Assembly: GCF_026210795.1 (NCBI RefSeq)
Contig: NC_089435.1
Span: 4,340,001 to 4,404,000 of the forward strand
DNA length: 64,000 bases
Direction: 5' to 3'
From: Rhizophagus irregularis
Lineage: Eukaryota
The notes below the pieces were generated by a model. It searched no databases and was not told the DNA's origin. It saw nothing but the letters and a program-made list of their open reading frames with translations. Position numbers and translations under genes: made by a program. Positions 26,009 to 39,627 of the stretch are shown one piece after another; position 1 is the stretch's first letter; every line of letters starts with the position of its first letter.

Positions 26009-28224
26009 TCAGATAAATTTTTTACGGGTTTGAAACAATTTAAATATGTTATATAAGTTAGTAAGGATATGTATAATAGTTTTTAATAAAACGTATACAG
26101 ACATGTAATCCAATGATACAACTAATGATACTTTACTTAAAGAAAAATTCTATTAAAAATAAATAAATTTTAATGTTTGGTTTAATAAAGGTAATGTAAA
26201 AATAATTTACATACCTGTGTAAATATTATAGCAATATCATTGAAAAAATTAATGATTGCAACCCAAAATAATTGTACTTTTACTGCGTGGGATAATTTAG
26301 CATTAAAATTAACATCAATAATTTTAGGCTTAAGACAAAAAAAATTAAGACTTGGAATCGGAATCCGTAACATTGATCCAAGCAATTTAAAATGTATAAC
26401 ATCAACTCCTACTAGTATCGCAAATATTACTACAATTACTTGATTATCTTTATAATCTCTTAACCATTGTGAAATTTTTCGATATTTCTTTTCCGGATGA
26501 TCTGATTCTCTAAGGCTTCCAAACCAGCTTTCAAACTTTCTCAGAATCTTTTCAAACTTTCTCAGAATATAGTCTTTAAGCTTTTTAATCTGTTTTTTGC
26601 CACTATATTTCTCAACAGCATTATTCATTTCTTTATCCCCATACACTGCTGTAGGTTCTGCATGGTCATTAAATTTTCTTAATTCTTTTTTAAAGTCGTT
26701 AAGTTCTTTTAGTAAATCTCTTTTATCTTCACTTGCAAGTTCATTATTGATAATAAGATACTCGGCCTCATTCAATTTTTCTTTAAGTTGTTCAATTCTT
26801 AATTTATTTTTCATGGATTTAATAAGATAATTTATTTTATTTAATTCTTTTTTGTTAACGTTATCTTTAATTTCTTTCAATAATTCGTTAAGTTTATTCA
26901 AATGTCCACTAACATCTAATAATTCTTTTGTAGAACCTTCAACTTGCATAAATTCTCTTATAAAACTGTTAATTCTTTTCAATTTTTTTACGATGTCTTT
27001 TGAATTTAATTTTTCATTAACATTTTTTAATTCTTTCATGAGATCGCTAATTACTGCTAATTCTCTAATTATTATTTTTAACTCTCTTTTAATTTCTTTT
27101 AATACTTTCGTAATTTTTTCTTGGCTGTTGACACCATCATTATTTATTATTAATCCTGTTGTACCGCCGTCTTCTGATTTATATTCTGCTAGATTGTTAC
27201 CTTCTTTTAAGTCATCTTCAAGTTCTTCTAATAATTTTTGTAAGTCATGTCTCATAAGTTCATCACGTACAATTTTAAATGCAACCATTAAATTTGTGAT
27301 AAAAGAAGATGTCATAAGGAAATAACTAGAAGGGGAGAAAGAGAGGAGAAGGAAAAAGAATAAATAAGTACTGGAAAAAAAAATAAATTTTTATTCATTT
27401 TCTTTTTTTTTATTTAGTTTAGATTGGTTTTTTCTTTACCTTGCTGAATCATACCAAATTATAACAACTAATCTTTCAATAGCGTTGGCACAAGAATAAA
27501 TTGTAAATGTATTATTCTAAAAATAAAAGAAAGAGAAGGAAAAAAAAAGGTGTACAAAAATTTTTCGTCAGAATTCTTCCAGAGTTAAATTAAAAATTTA
27601 ATGAGTTTTAATAATATTAAATATATATTCACCCAATAAGCAAGTGATAAAAAAAAGACATCTACTGCAATTGATATAATTACGTTTTTCCAATTTTCTT
27701 TTATCCAACTTGCTATTTAAGTATAAGATTAAAAAAAAATTATTTGAGATGAAATCCTTCATTCGAAAAAAAATAAGATTCTTACGTATGATTTGATATC
27801 CATATTCAGCATCCAAATAATTTGTATATTCTCCAGAACCAATGACAGTGGTAAGTTTATTCTTTATTAAAGTATCTAAATCACTAACGATCAAACTAGA
27901 TTTTCTTTCGGTTTTATTATTAGTCCTTTCAATATCAATAGATAAAATGCATGAAGTATCAGTTTCAATTTCATATCTTCTATTTGTAGTTATTCGTTCC
28001 GGACTAACCGGAATTGCTTTAGCCAATTCTTGTGTTAAATTATCAAAAAATTCTTTTATTTTAACTTCATCATCTATAAAACTTACGAAGTAACCGAACC
28101 CATCTGAAGTCAATAGAACTTTTCCTTGGTATTCAGATTCAAAGGATGATTTTTCTGGTAATACCAATAAAATAATCGATGAAAGAAAAATAAGAAAAAT
28201 AAGAAAAATAATATATAACCTCAT
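26009..28224 (-). CDS. Glomeromycota-type membrane protein: signal peptide, short ectodomain, multi-TM region with a ~280-aa coiled-coil loop
   Basis: In-frame spliced model: exons 28224-27786, 27712-27633, 27516-27440, ~27370-26215 (an alternative in-frame acceptor exists near 27325), 26149-26009 (TGA). Ectodomain motif ELAKAIPVSPERI...DLDTLIKNK...TNYLDAEYGY; several hydrophobic helices. Confidence 0.75.
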
Positions 28225-28824
28225 TTTGAAAAAGTTGAATTTATTTTTTTAGAGATTCGAATTCTTTAAAATTAAAGGAAAAAGAAAACTAAAATTTTTT
28301 TAAACAAATTTATTGAGCAAGACTTTTTGAATAAAAAAAAGATTTTACTTTTTTCGTTTGTGTAACAATGGTTAAATATTTATTGTTTTTTTTCAGGGTT
28401 TCTTTCATTCAAAAACTTTACGCTACTAAACTTAATTATTTATTAAAAAAATATATTTCCTTCTTTTTTATGCAGTGTTCTTTACTTTCAATTCCATAAA
28501 TAACCATTTAATTCAAACACAAACTATTGATAAGGTAAGAAAACGGACAAATGAACATCATTGCATATTTTTTCAATACAAATTTTTTTTTCTCGTGTTA
28601 ACGCATATATTTGATTAGATGAAGCTTTTTTTTAATAAAACTAAAAAAAGTAAAAAAAAAAATCAGTAGTCTAAATTTGTTTACATTGAACAAAATTTGT
28701 GACGTACTTAATTAATCAATAATACACGCATATATCCTTTTTATATATATACTTAACAAAATGAGAACAATTTAAAAAATTTTTAAATAAAATTTTTTTT
28801 TTTCAACAAATTAAGCCCTAACAA

Positions 28825-31800
28825 ATGAACGCTGTTGCGACAGAAATAGATATTGGTAAATAATATTGATAATATTAAAATATGACGATAAAATTGATAC
28901 TGATATTGATAAATTATATTAATAGATCAACATAACAATAAGCCTATTACTATGATAACAATATCGCCAGACGGAAAATACCTAGTTACTTATAGTAAAG
29001 ATGATCAATCAATTGTCGGTTGGAATGTCGAAGATAAAGATGAGAATCTACTTAAATTATATAAAAAATTCAAATTAAGTAATAAAACGGATGAAATATG
29101 TGTTTCCAATGATAAAATACTTGCGCGTCTTTATGACATGTCTAATAAAGGTGCTATTACAAAAGGTAAGTGACAATTATTACAAATTTATGCAGATTTA
29201 TATATTTTGTCTAATTATGGTAAAAAATTATAATTAATTAGTAAGAATATACGATATGAAGAATAATCAAAATATTAAATTAGATCTTGACCTTCACTAT
29301 TATAATTATTGCAAATTTAACTTTAATTCAAAAGGTGAACTTGTATTATATGGTGAACCTCTTGATAAAATTTATGCTTATTCTAAAAATAGCAGCAAAT
29401 GGAAATGTGAAAGAATATACAAGATACCGAATGGTTTTGAAGCGATTAACATATCAAAAGATGATAAAATTTTCTTATATTCGGATAATTCCATTTATGA
29501 ATGGAATCTTATTACTGAAAAAAGTATAAAAATATTTAATAGTGACGAGAAGATATGTGACTATAAGGTATTAAATATATCTGATATTGAATTATTTCTC
29601 AAATCTATTTGAAAATACTTTTAATTAATTATATATTAAACTTTTAAGTCGGTTATCGAAATTTTTAGTAACGAGAAGTTTATTTGTATAAGAATCATAA
29701 ATAAACTTATTATTTATTCGAGAGAACTAAAAATTCCTATCACTTTGGATATTAATAATGGTAATTATTTTAGAGTTAAAAATTGTATAATATTATTAAG
29801 CTTTATACTAATTTATTATTTCATTTATTTAGCGTCATATACTCAACTATTTTATAATTTTATGCATCATACTGACTTAATTTCTTTATTACTTCCTTTA
29901 ATAAGTAATAATAGTACTGGAAGTTCCATTACGACAGGCTATTTAAAAGAGGAGCGTTATCCGGATAACATTCAAACTACAACCGAGTATGCATTTGGAA
30001 TCTTAGATAAAAATATTTGGAAGGTTAAACTTGAAACGTTATTAAAAATGAATTTAACTTACGAAAATTCTAATGAAATTATCGAAAATTCTAATGAAAC
30101 TATCGAAAATTCTAATGAAACTATCGAAAATTCTAATGAAATTATCGAAAATTCTAATGAAACTATCGAAAATTGTTACTTTGATTATGAAACTATTGAC
30201 TGGTACTTTGATGATGTTAACAAAGAAACGAATAAAACAGATGATCACTTATCAAAACCATGTATTGATAATATTAATGCATTATCTCAAAGATTCATAA
30301 AAGGAATCATAAAAAATGATTTAAAACGAGGGAAATTTGAATGGATATTTGATTGTAAAAAAAATAAAATTACACTGGAGATTTTTGACATTAGTAGTGA
30401 GAGAAAATTAATTGGCAAAAGAGTTGATTATTTAGATTCTGCTGAACATCAAAAACCACTTGGTATTGAGTTATCTAATGACAATAATATTATTATTTTG
30501 ACAACAAAAGGTCTTTTTATTTATCATTTTAATGAAAATAACAACAAATTAATTTCCTTAAACTATTACTATTATATGAAGATCGACGATAATATAGAAG
30601 AATTAAAAAATTATATATCTTCAAAAACTACTTTGCCTTTACCGAATCATGAAAGTTTCAAATTTTGTGATGAATGGATTTCATCTGTAATAGAAAATAA
30701 CGAAACCTTTTCAAAATACGGTGGGGAATTACTAGCATTTGGAATTAAAGAAAAAGATGTAAAATTGATAAAAGATATCTATAAAGAATATATAAAAGAT
30801 ATTAAGGATTTTTCAAAATACGGTGGGGAATTACTAGCATTTGGAATTAAACATAACGAAGAATTAGTAAAAGATATATATAAAAAATATATAAGAGATA
30901 TTAAGGAAAATTTTTCAAAATACGGTGGTAAATTACTAATATTTGGTAACGAAGAATTAGTAAAAGATATCTATAAAAAATGTATAGAAGATATTAAGGG
31001 AAATGATACTAAATCGGGGGATGTCTATAAAAAATTTAGAAAATATAATAAAGTAATCCTTTTAAAACATGGTGTCAAACTACTAACATCTGGAATTGAA
31101 GAATATGATATAGAATTAATAGATGATATTTATAAAAAATGTATGAATTATTTTAAAGAAGATTTTGTAAACAATAGGATGTTTTTAAGTATTATTAATT
31201 CTACAATACCCTTATTGAATAAATGTTATCCAGAATATATTTCAAGATATTCATCAGAAACAATGATAATCGTAGATTCTTATAGTAAAGAATATAGAAA
31301 TAGTAATTTACATCTTTACTCCTTTCAATATTCTAATTTAACTTGGTGGTATAAAAGTGAAGGATTAATAAGCGAATTTTATAATAATCATAAAATGATA
31401 TTCTGGATTATAATTATTATATTTGATATCTTAATACTTTTACCCCTGGTTCCCATTATTCTTATTTTTCATGCTATATTCTTACTTATTAATAATATTT
31501 TTAAAAATACAATGCCATCAATTACTCTTATGAATCCTTATATTAAATTTGTTAATTATCCACAAGACTATAATTTGTTTAAAGAATTACTTATACCTCA
31601 ATCTAGTCCATTTGTTAAAACAATAAGTAGGGATATCTATAAGACATGGAATGGTGAAACAATAATTAATTTTAAATGGAATAAATTTGGAAAATATTAT
31701 TATGCAATAATCTGGTTTGGATTTATGGGTTTACTTGGATGCTTTACCGCTGCTGCAACAATTCCTAAACAATACATTGATGATAATGTTCAAAAACAAC

Positions 31801-33087
31801 TCTTAATCGTCTCAATTATACTTGGAATTATTCATTTGAGTTTTGAAATCCGCCAGTTTGTTTATAATCCTACTAAATGGTTCAGTGATTTTTGGAATAT
31901 ATTTGGTAAATATACATCACATATTTTAATTACTTTGCTTATTATTAAGGAAAAACTAATAATTAATTACATTATTATTTAATATTATAGATTTAATTGC
32001 ATTTCTGCTTCCAATTTACACTTCTATTTATTGGCTTCAAACACATAATAAAAATATTCAGTTACTTTCTTTTTCATGCTTATTTTTGGATATAAAATTT
32101 CTGTTATTTTTTAGAGTATTTGAATCTTTTGGTATATACTTTGCAATAATCATTAGTGTTGGAAAAAAAATTTTTTCTTTTTTAGTGGTTTTGTTTATTA
32201 TTATTATTAGTTTTTCGCATACATTTTACATTTTATTATCACCAGAATCTAAATTTTCTCCTGATGACTATGCAAATACAAATCTTACAAATAATAGTGA
32301 TTCAAATAATCCTTGGAATATAGCTTCTACTTATCATCAAGTATTTGAAAACGGAACAGTTGATCCAAATCCATATTTGATTCAACAACCTGATGAAAAT
32401 ACCAACATGTTTATAGATTTTGGGACTGCTGCTTTTGCAATGTATAAATTCTTAACAGGTAAATGAATTTTTTCATAATATTTCGTTACATATTTTTGCA
32501 AGTAATTTTAATAAAATATTATTCTATCATAGGAGATTCAGGTGCATTATCCAATTGGACATATAAAAATGATCCTTCACTTGCAATATTGACTGTGTTA
32601 TTCTCATTCTTGATTGTTGTATATCTTATGAATTTGTTTATTGGATTATTAAGTAATGCAATTGAAGAAGATAATAATAGGGTGTCATATTTATTACAAA
32701 AAGCGGAGGTATATCACTGTTATTATTTGATTTAGTTATTGTAAAATTACTAAAATTTTTCAATTTTCTTAGATTCTTGCTGAAATTGAATTATTTTACC
32801 TATTACCATATCAGAGACGTTGGGAAGAATGGTTTCCTGAAGTAATGTATGTACTGTAAATTTGATTATTTGATTTTTTTTTTTTCATGAAAAATTATTT
32901 TTTGGTAATTTATTCCAATAATTTATTTTAAAGATATTATTATGCTGACGCTAATAAGATTCGACAAATGATTGATGAAATGATTAATAAAGGAGAATGT
33001 GATGTAGAAAAATTTACAGAACTAAAGCGTAGAATTGATAGTGGAACTACTTCAAGACAAGCATTAGAAGAAATACGTATAATTTAA
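28825..33087 (+). CDS. TRP-like cation channel with N-terminal WD40-like region
   Basis: Spliced gene. First exon MNAVATEIDI joins via intron 28856-28925 to ...ITISPDGKYLVTYSKDDQSIVGWNV. Channel region has FKWNKFGKYYY, KFLLFFRVFESFGIYFAII, S6-like IVVYLMNLFIGLLSNAI and TRP-box-like QKAEILAEIELFYLLPYQRRW; stop ends at 33087. Confidence 0.85.
30063..30175 (+). repeat. In-frame 21-bp minisatellite encoding ENSNE(I/T)I x5
   Basis: GAAAATTCTAATGAAA(C/T)TATC repeated five times within the channel ORF. Confidence 0.9.
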
Positions 33088-35092
33088 GTTGTTGATGCAG
33101 TAAATTTAGTAATTGCTCCAAATTCTTAGTTAACTGTAAATAACTAGCTTCCTACATTATTTATAATTTGGTCATGGGAATTATAAAGTATTATCTTTCG
33201 CAATATAAGTTTGTAATCAATTATAAACATTTGTGTATTAGTAGTACATACATTGTTATTTGAATAATAAATCATCTTAAAAAGTTGAAATTTGGTTTTA
33301 TCAAATAAGCGCAAGATGGCAAATATGAAAAAAATTTTGTTTTTGATAGTTGATTTAAATGATCATATTTTGTAACAAAAATGGCTAGCAATATAACATA
33401 AAGTTTTTGAAATTTTAACGAATTCATCTCTTTATTACTTTGCGTCTTTGCCTGATCAGTTATACTTTCATAAAAAGTATTGATTGTAGAGTTATAATTT
33501 TCTTTATTTCTCTCACTAACTATTTCAAAATTATTATAATTAACAAATTTAAATAAAACTTGATAATTGGAAATAATTGATTTATCCTCGTATGAATTTA
33601 AATATCCCATTTCATTTTGTATCATATAATTTTCTGTTTTAGTTATTTCGGCAATTGTTTCTTGATTTAAACCATTTTATAACATTATAATTTTATTTTT
33701 CATATCACTCTTTTGCTTTGGATTAAATTCTCCACCAAACGAATAATTCTCTAATTGTACACCATACATATTTGGTACAGCATATTACACTTCGTGACAA
33801 CTTATTATTTTCCTCCTATTTGTCTTTTGAATTATACTTCTCCTGTGGAGAACTTCTTCCTCAGATGTTACATGATTCAAATTCTTATTTTTTTGTTTTT
33901 CTTGCTGGTTTTGCAATTCTTCCGTAATTAATTCTTTTGATTGGACTACTAACCCGATTTTGAGTTTTTAGATTATTCACTTTGCTTTGGAGTGGCTCAA
34001 TATGATTTTTATATTTTTCTAATTCATTCTGACTTTGTTGCCTTAAGAGTTCTTCATCACTTATTCCTACTATTATTTGTCGAACTGGATGTCAATTAAC
34101 AACTTTACATATTAAATATCAAATAAATTTTTTATGATGTTATTATGGGTTGTTTTTGAACTTTATTATCAATCAATTGGATGATCGATTAATCATGATT
34201 TATATTTGAATAAAATGTATTTATTTTTCGAAAATTACAAATTTATATGGCTCTTTATTATCTGAAAAAAATATTTATTAATTTTAAATTTGTTAATTTT
34301 CAATTCCAATTTTCAAGCTCCAGTTCAAAATCTACAAAAAAAAGAAGTTAAAAGAATGTTAATAAATATTTTATATAAAAAAACCAAAACCTGTTTCCCC
34401 TTTGTTAGTAAACATTCTTATATATATATATACGTATATAAACAAAATTCTGTGCCTCTCCTCTTTTTTAAAACACTACCTACCCATCTTTAGTGTAAGA
34501 GTAAAGTAAAGAATAATCCCCATCTATTCACTTTTTCTTCATTTGTAGATGTGAAGCTCGAGTTCCTTCTAAGTGTAAAAGCACAATGATTTAGAATGAG
34601 CATCGGTCCATTTGCAGATAAATGGTGCCATGGAAGAAGACATGATAACATTGATCTCGAAGAAAATATTATAATTACGTAATTATGTCAAATAAATGAC
34701 ATGCTGGGACAGGTTAAAGCTCACCATATTTTACTACGCCCTTGAGATACAGTTTCGATAGAAATCATCGATAGTTTTTTAATCAAAATTTTTTTTTCGG
34801 TTTCTTAAATCAAAATCATCATTTATTATTTTTTTTTTAGAAGTTTGCTATTTACCACCACTGGTGGTCAGCACCGGTGTCACATGATCATATATATTAC
34901 GTGACTTCGAAATTTCTTAATACGCAGAAATGAAATTTTTACTATTGTTTCTAATCTGTATGTAAAAACTTTGTAATAAATTTATACATTTAATAAAAGA
35001 AATTGATACAAAAGCTAAATCTTTGTTTATTTTTTATTCGAGTGCAAGTGTACAACAATTAACTATTACACTATTAACTGCCTTACCCAATT

Positions 35093-35970
35093 AAACTAAG
35101 TATTCATTTCTTTGTTGGCAGATGATTCAGCTTTATATTTTGGACATCCACGGATATTATGACCTTTTCCGGAGCAATAACTGCATGTTTTCTGTACTGT
35201 TACATCATCAGGTTTTCCTGATGTAATACGATTATTTTCTACCGTCGATTTATACTGCTTTGGAGGTCGTCCTTTTGGTTTGTGATACTTATATCAGGAA
35301 GAACGGATAAAGGTTGAGGATTATCTTGAATAGAAGATCCTTGCGAATCCTGTAATGATTTGGTACCTGAAAAAAAATGAAATTTTTAGTATTTTCGAAG
35401 CTTAAACCTATGCTATACAATATATGGTAGTATCTATGAAGAAATAATACTTACTCTTTTCAATGCTTAAACCGGTACTTCTACGATATTTCATAATAAA
35501 TTGTGTCAAAATTCTAATTAATTCAGCTGTAACATCTTTCATAACAGCGATTTGAATACTCGTTTTAACTATAGATATCGCGGCGCCATATTGAATTTTT
35601 TTATTGACCTTTTCTCTGATCGTCAGAGTATATATGTTATCTGTTCTTAATTGATTCATGTAACTCAATGGTATCGTTGTATGATTTTTTTCACCATTTA
35701 CAATCATAATAAAACCCGTTAAGTTGGTAGGCGGATCTGAACTCAAATTAAACCAACGTGTATGAATGTGTGAAATATGAAATATCACGTTGTCTGACTG
35801 AATAAGCACCCTGAATTGATGATGGCATATCATTCCTTGATTGACAATAAACATACAAGTGCAAAGTAACATTGCATCTTTAAGTATAACAACGTAGTGT
35901 GATTTGGAAGTTTTCGATGCAATATACGATACTTCCCAAATCTCAGTAATATCATTGTAAGATACCATTA
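35093..35970 (-). pseudogene. Mutator (MULE/FAR1-related) transposase 3' fragment
   Basis: SWIM-like CTCMFIVNQGMICHHQF...HTRWF, GRPPK motif and C-terminal zinc knuckle TCSYCSGKGHNIRGCP; no DDE core visible. Confidence 0.75.
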
Positions 35971-36032
35971 AGGAGTTCCCGCAAACGAATTTGAGGTATA
36001 TCATGTGAATGTCACTTGATACCTTATCAGTA

Positions 36033-36231
36033 CCCTGTAAAAAATCTGATCCGTGTTTTATCTTTCCATGTTTTTTCCGTGAATGTATCATTTTAATGGA
36101 ATTTATAGCCTTAAATCATGGAAATTTTCATCTCGCTAACACGGATATCCGTGAATGTATCATTTTCACAGAATTTTTACGGAAGACACGGAGAAATAAT
36201 GGAAATATTCGGATAAAAATTTTTTATAGGG
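36033..36231. mobile_element. CACTA/CMC-type MITE, 199 bp
   Basis: TIR CCCTGTAAAAAATCTGATCCG versus CCCTATAAAAAATTTTTATCCG; 3-bp TSD GTA on both flanks; internal repeat TCCGTGAATGTATCATTTT. Confidence 0.8.
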
Positions 36232-36234
36232 GTA

Positions 36235-37150
36235 GTCTTGGACAAGTTTTGATCCTCTCCGCCTAACAATCCTAGTTCGTTCATGGGTGTTACATCACCA
36301 TCCACAGGAGTCTGATTTCCCAAATGCACTGGTTTGTGAGATAGAGTTTTCATCAGAAGTTGTAGACTTGTCTTGCAATACTACCGGATAAAAGTTTTGA
36401 TCTCTCTGCTACTGCAATCCCAATTTGGACATATAGCTTTACCACGGTGGTCCATCAAATATTTTTCAAGGCACATTTGGTAGTAAATACATCCACAGGT
36501 GGCCATAGTAAATTCTTTGATTGGCCCATACGGTTGAGATCCAATTATCTCTTTTTACATAAAATGCATGGGTTTATCTCCGGGATATAAATAGAAGAAA
36601 GATAGTATTATTATTTGCGTTGAGTATCTTCATTGCAAGAGTTAAACTTGTTTTTTATCCATACTGCCTGTCCTTTGGTTGCATATGTTGAGTAACAGCC
36701 TGAATTGGTCTGTTTTATAGTGCTGGTAAATGTCTAGGAGAAAGTGATTCCCGGATCTTCATTAGCAATTATGCACTGCATTTCGTTATTACATTAATCC
36801 CCCTTGCGAATTACTGCGATTAGCATACACATATCCCCATCATATGAAATATTGATTGCCAAAAAATATCTAATTATCCGAATATTGTTTTGTTGATATG
36901 ATAATAGCACGTCCGGATACATGACACGCAATAAATAAATAGATGTCTTTACCATGAATTTTCTACCACGGATCACATGTTTCTTCGCGATACAGATAAT
37001 AAATTTTTTATTAATTCGTTTTGCAATTGCTTATCTTCCAATTTCGCAACTCTAGCCTTAAGCTCAACATCCTCAGCCTTAATTTTATCGTTCTCAGCCT
37101 CAAGATCAGTTATATGTTGCCTCAATAAGTCTATTTCGGATTGCCTGTCT
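36235..37150 (-). pseudogene. Decayed gene of a repetitive Glomeromycota family (N-terminal coiled coil QSEIDLLRQHITDLEAEN..., RING-like Cys cluster)
   Basis: Minus-strand fragments QSEIDLLRQHITDLEAENDKIKAEDVELKARVAKLEDKQ and TCGCIYYQMCLEKYL...CPNWDC, broken by stops. Confidence 0.5.
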
Positions 37151-38004
37151 TCGTACTATATACTATAGGATTTGTTTTAAATTTTTAAAATTTCAGAGTG
37201 AGAAAAAATAATGCGAAATATATACGCAAATCGTACGTAGCACAGCCCCTATTCCGGCGCATTTCAGGTGATTGATCTCGCATGACGAAATTTCTCGCAT
37301 ACTATTGGGATACTAGAAATTATATTTGCGTTTTTCTACTGTTGATAATCCTTTTAATAATAAATGAACTTTTTGTTGTTTCATCTTTGAAGATTTAAAC
37401 GGAGTATCGAAAGTTTATTATCTCCATTTAAAATAGAAAACGTATTTTCCTAATATATACCGTTACGATTTAAATTAAAAAAGATTCTAAGTTTCCAATT
37501 TCGTCAAATTCCTTAGATCGGAATATTATTCCATCGTGGATACTGGATAATATTTAATCGGATCTATATGATTATATCTTAATTTTAAAAATTTGTATAA
37601 ATTGATCAACGTAATTTTTAAAAAATCATCTGAATGTCCTTTAACGAACTCTTCAAATCAAAATTATTTCTATCGGTTATATTATAATATCCCGTGATTA
37701 CATTTTGCGATAAAAATTGCGTTTTAAATAAAAAGAATCATTTTTAATTGATACTTGACATGTATGTATCACAAAAATCTTTATTAATATAAATAATTAA
37801 CATGTGATTTCACATTGAAAAGCACGTTTGTCAAAAATATTTCGAGGCTTATTTTCTTCCCATCATTATTCGTATCCGTAATAAAAAAAGATAAAAATTG
37901 AAGTACAAAACAATTTAATAATAAACGATATGTTCCCCGTGACCGACCCAATAATCTTGATCACAAATAATGATAATAAAAATATTAAGTATGGAATAAG
38001 AATA

Positions 38005-39627
38005 TTATAAGCCGGGGATAGTGGTCTGTACTGGAGCAATATTGCATACACTATTGAATACACCGCATGACCAGCCGGTTTGTGGGTCACGCAGGCTAAG
38101 GCAAATGAAACTGTATATCAATATAACAAGAATTAGTTCAGAGTTTTTTGTTTGAATTATCGACATTAAGATAAATACCAGAAATGCTGATCGCAAGGAC
38201 ATTTCATATGCTTGCAGTTACGGTCATGTTCGATAATTGTACCACATCTCGGGCATGCGCGGCACGATGGCACTCCGGATACGTTTCCTACTTGCTGAAA
38301 CCATAATATTAATAATATTAACGATAAATTATACAATTGTGGAGTTGGGGCCTTCGGGCAGGGTATCTTACTTTTTTGACCGCATTGTTGAGAATGGCTA
38401 GACGTGGATCGACACCTCCACAGAAATCGTTATTACAACGATAACCATGGTAACTCTTAACTTCGTGCAAGCAGTACCAACAGAATGCGAATTCACTAGC
38501 GCCCGGCCTCCTTGAGCATATCAAACATATTACTGATGTCCGATTCTTATCTCTTCTCTCACAACATGTGGAGCACTACCGATGGCACTTGAAGTAAACA
38601 AGAGCTGAGAAAAAAAACTCGAAAAGTGAATTCTCACCTGAGGACATTCTTGAACACCGAGAGCCCGAAGAGCATAATTTTCACTAATCTTGGTCTCAAA
38701 ATGTTTGCACTCTTCGTCAGTAAGCTGACCTATCTTGCGGATGTCAGCATATTGCCATTCCACAAGGCAACGAACATCGGTTGTCGCTTGATATACACAA
38801 CGAATAGTGAGAAACATTACCAGTTGACGTCTGACAGAAACGTGTGAGTACTCACAGTCAGTATACGGACAAAAAAATTGAAATTTGCCTTCGCTAACAA
38901 GTGATCTGCAAAAGGCAGTCAGGGATTCAGGATTAATAGCGTGGCCACATGGCATCTGAAAAGGGGGTTAAAGATATTTGAAATTAAATGTTGTTTTCCA
39001 AATCGTCTGAAAGATATTTATTACCTTTGCACGTAAGTTTTCTGGGTCGTCATCCCAACTATGGATAAAAAGATTTAGATTGGGCTGGTGAATGATTGAG
39101 CAACTGGGAGTACTTACGTGATCATGTCGGGTTCGTTAGTAAGCTCTACGCCGTCGTCGGAGCTATAACTGTTCTCATTTGAGCCGCCCGGGAGTCTGAA
39201 ATACAAATTGTTATTAAATGTAAACATGGTCAAAAAAAATTCCGGATGCAGTAAAACTATTAATTGTAAACATAACAAATAGATATCATCAATCTTCAAC
39301 GGCAGATTGAAATTTTTTTTCCCTACCTAACGACCAAATGAAGTGTAGAGCGTTGCTTTATTTTATAGTGCCCCGCTGTGTAATGATTTTCGAGTTCTTT
39401 CCCGGCAAAGATGAGACGTAGATGCTCAATTTCTACACCTGGTGTCTTTTCTTTCACCTTTATCTTAATATCTATAATCCTGGAAACATCAAAGGAAAAT
39501 GTCAGTACCAGATTTAGTTGTTTTTCATTACTAGTTTCACGTATTATCTTTACTTAGTTTCCGTCGTGATATCATTAAGCGTAGATGTAGTTCCATTGAT
39601 GCCATAAACGAATATTTGAAAAGCCAT
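38005..39627 (-). CDS. Ubiquitin-like domain + RBR (RING1-IBR-RING2) E3 ubiquitin ligase
   Basis: Multi-exon model: MAFQIFVYGINGTT...LRLIFAGKEL...STLHLVVRLPGG (ubiquitin fold), MPCGHAI...FFCP (RING1), QECPQCSTCC...FAFCWYCL (IBR), RACPRCGTIIEHDRNCKHMKCPCDQHFCFIC (RING2 with the catalytic CxHM Cys). Confidence 0.85.

Noticed and set aside
26240..28093. Plus-strand ORFs 26240, 26597, 26852 and 27842
   Set aside because: Antisense shadows of the minus-strand membrane-protein gene.
33272..34080. ORF 33272-33625 as a gene
   Set aside because: Upstream frames are broken and no domain is recognisable; at most a pseudogene fragment.
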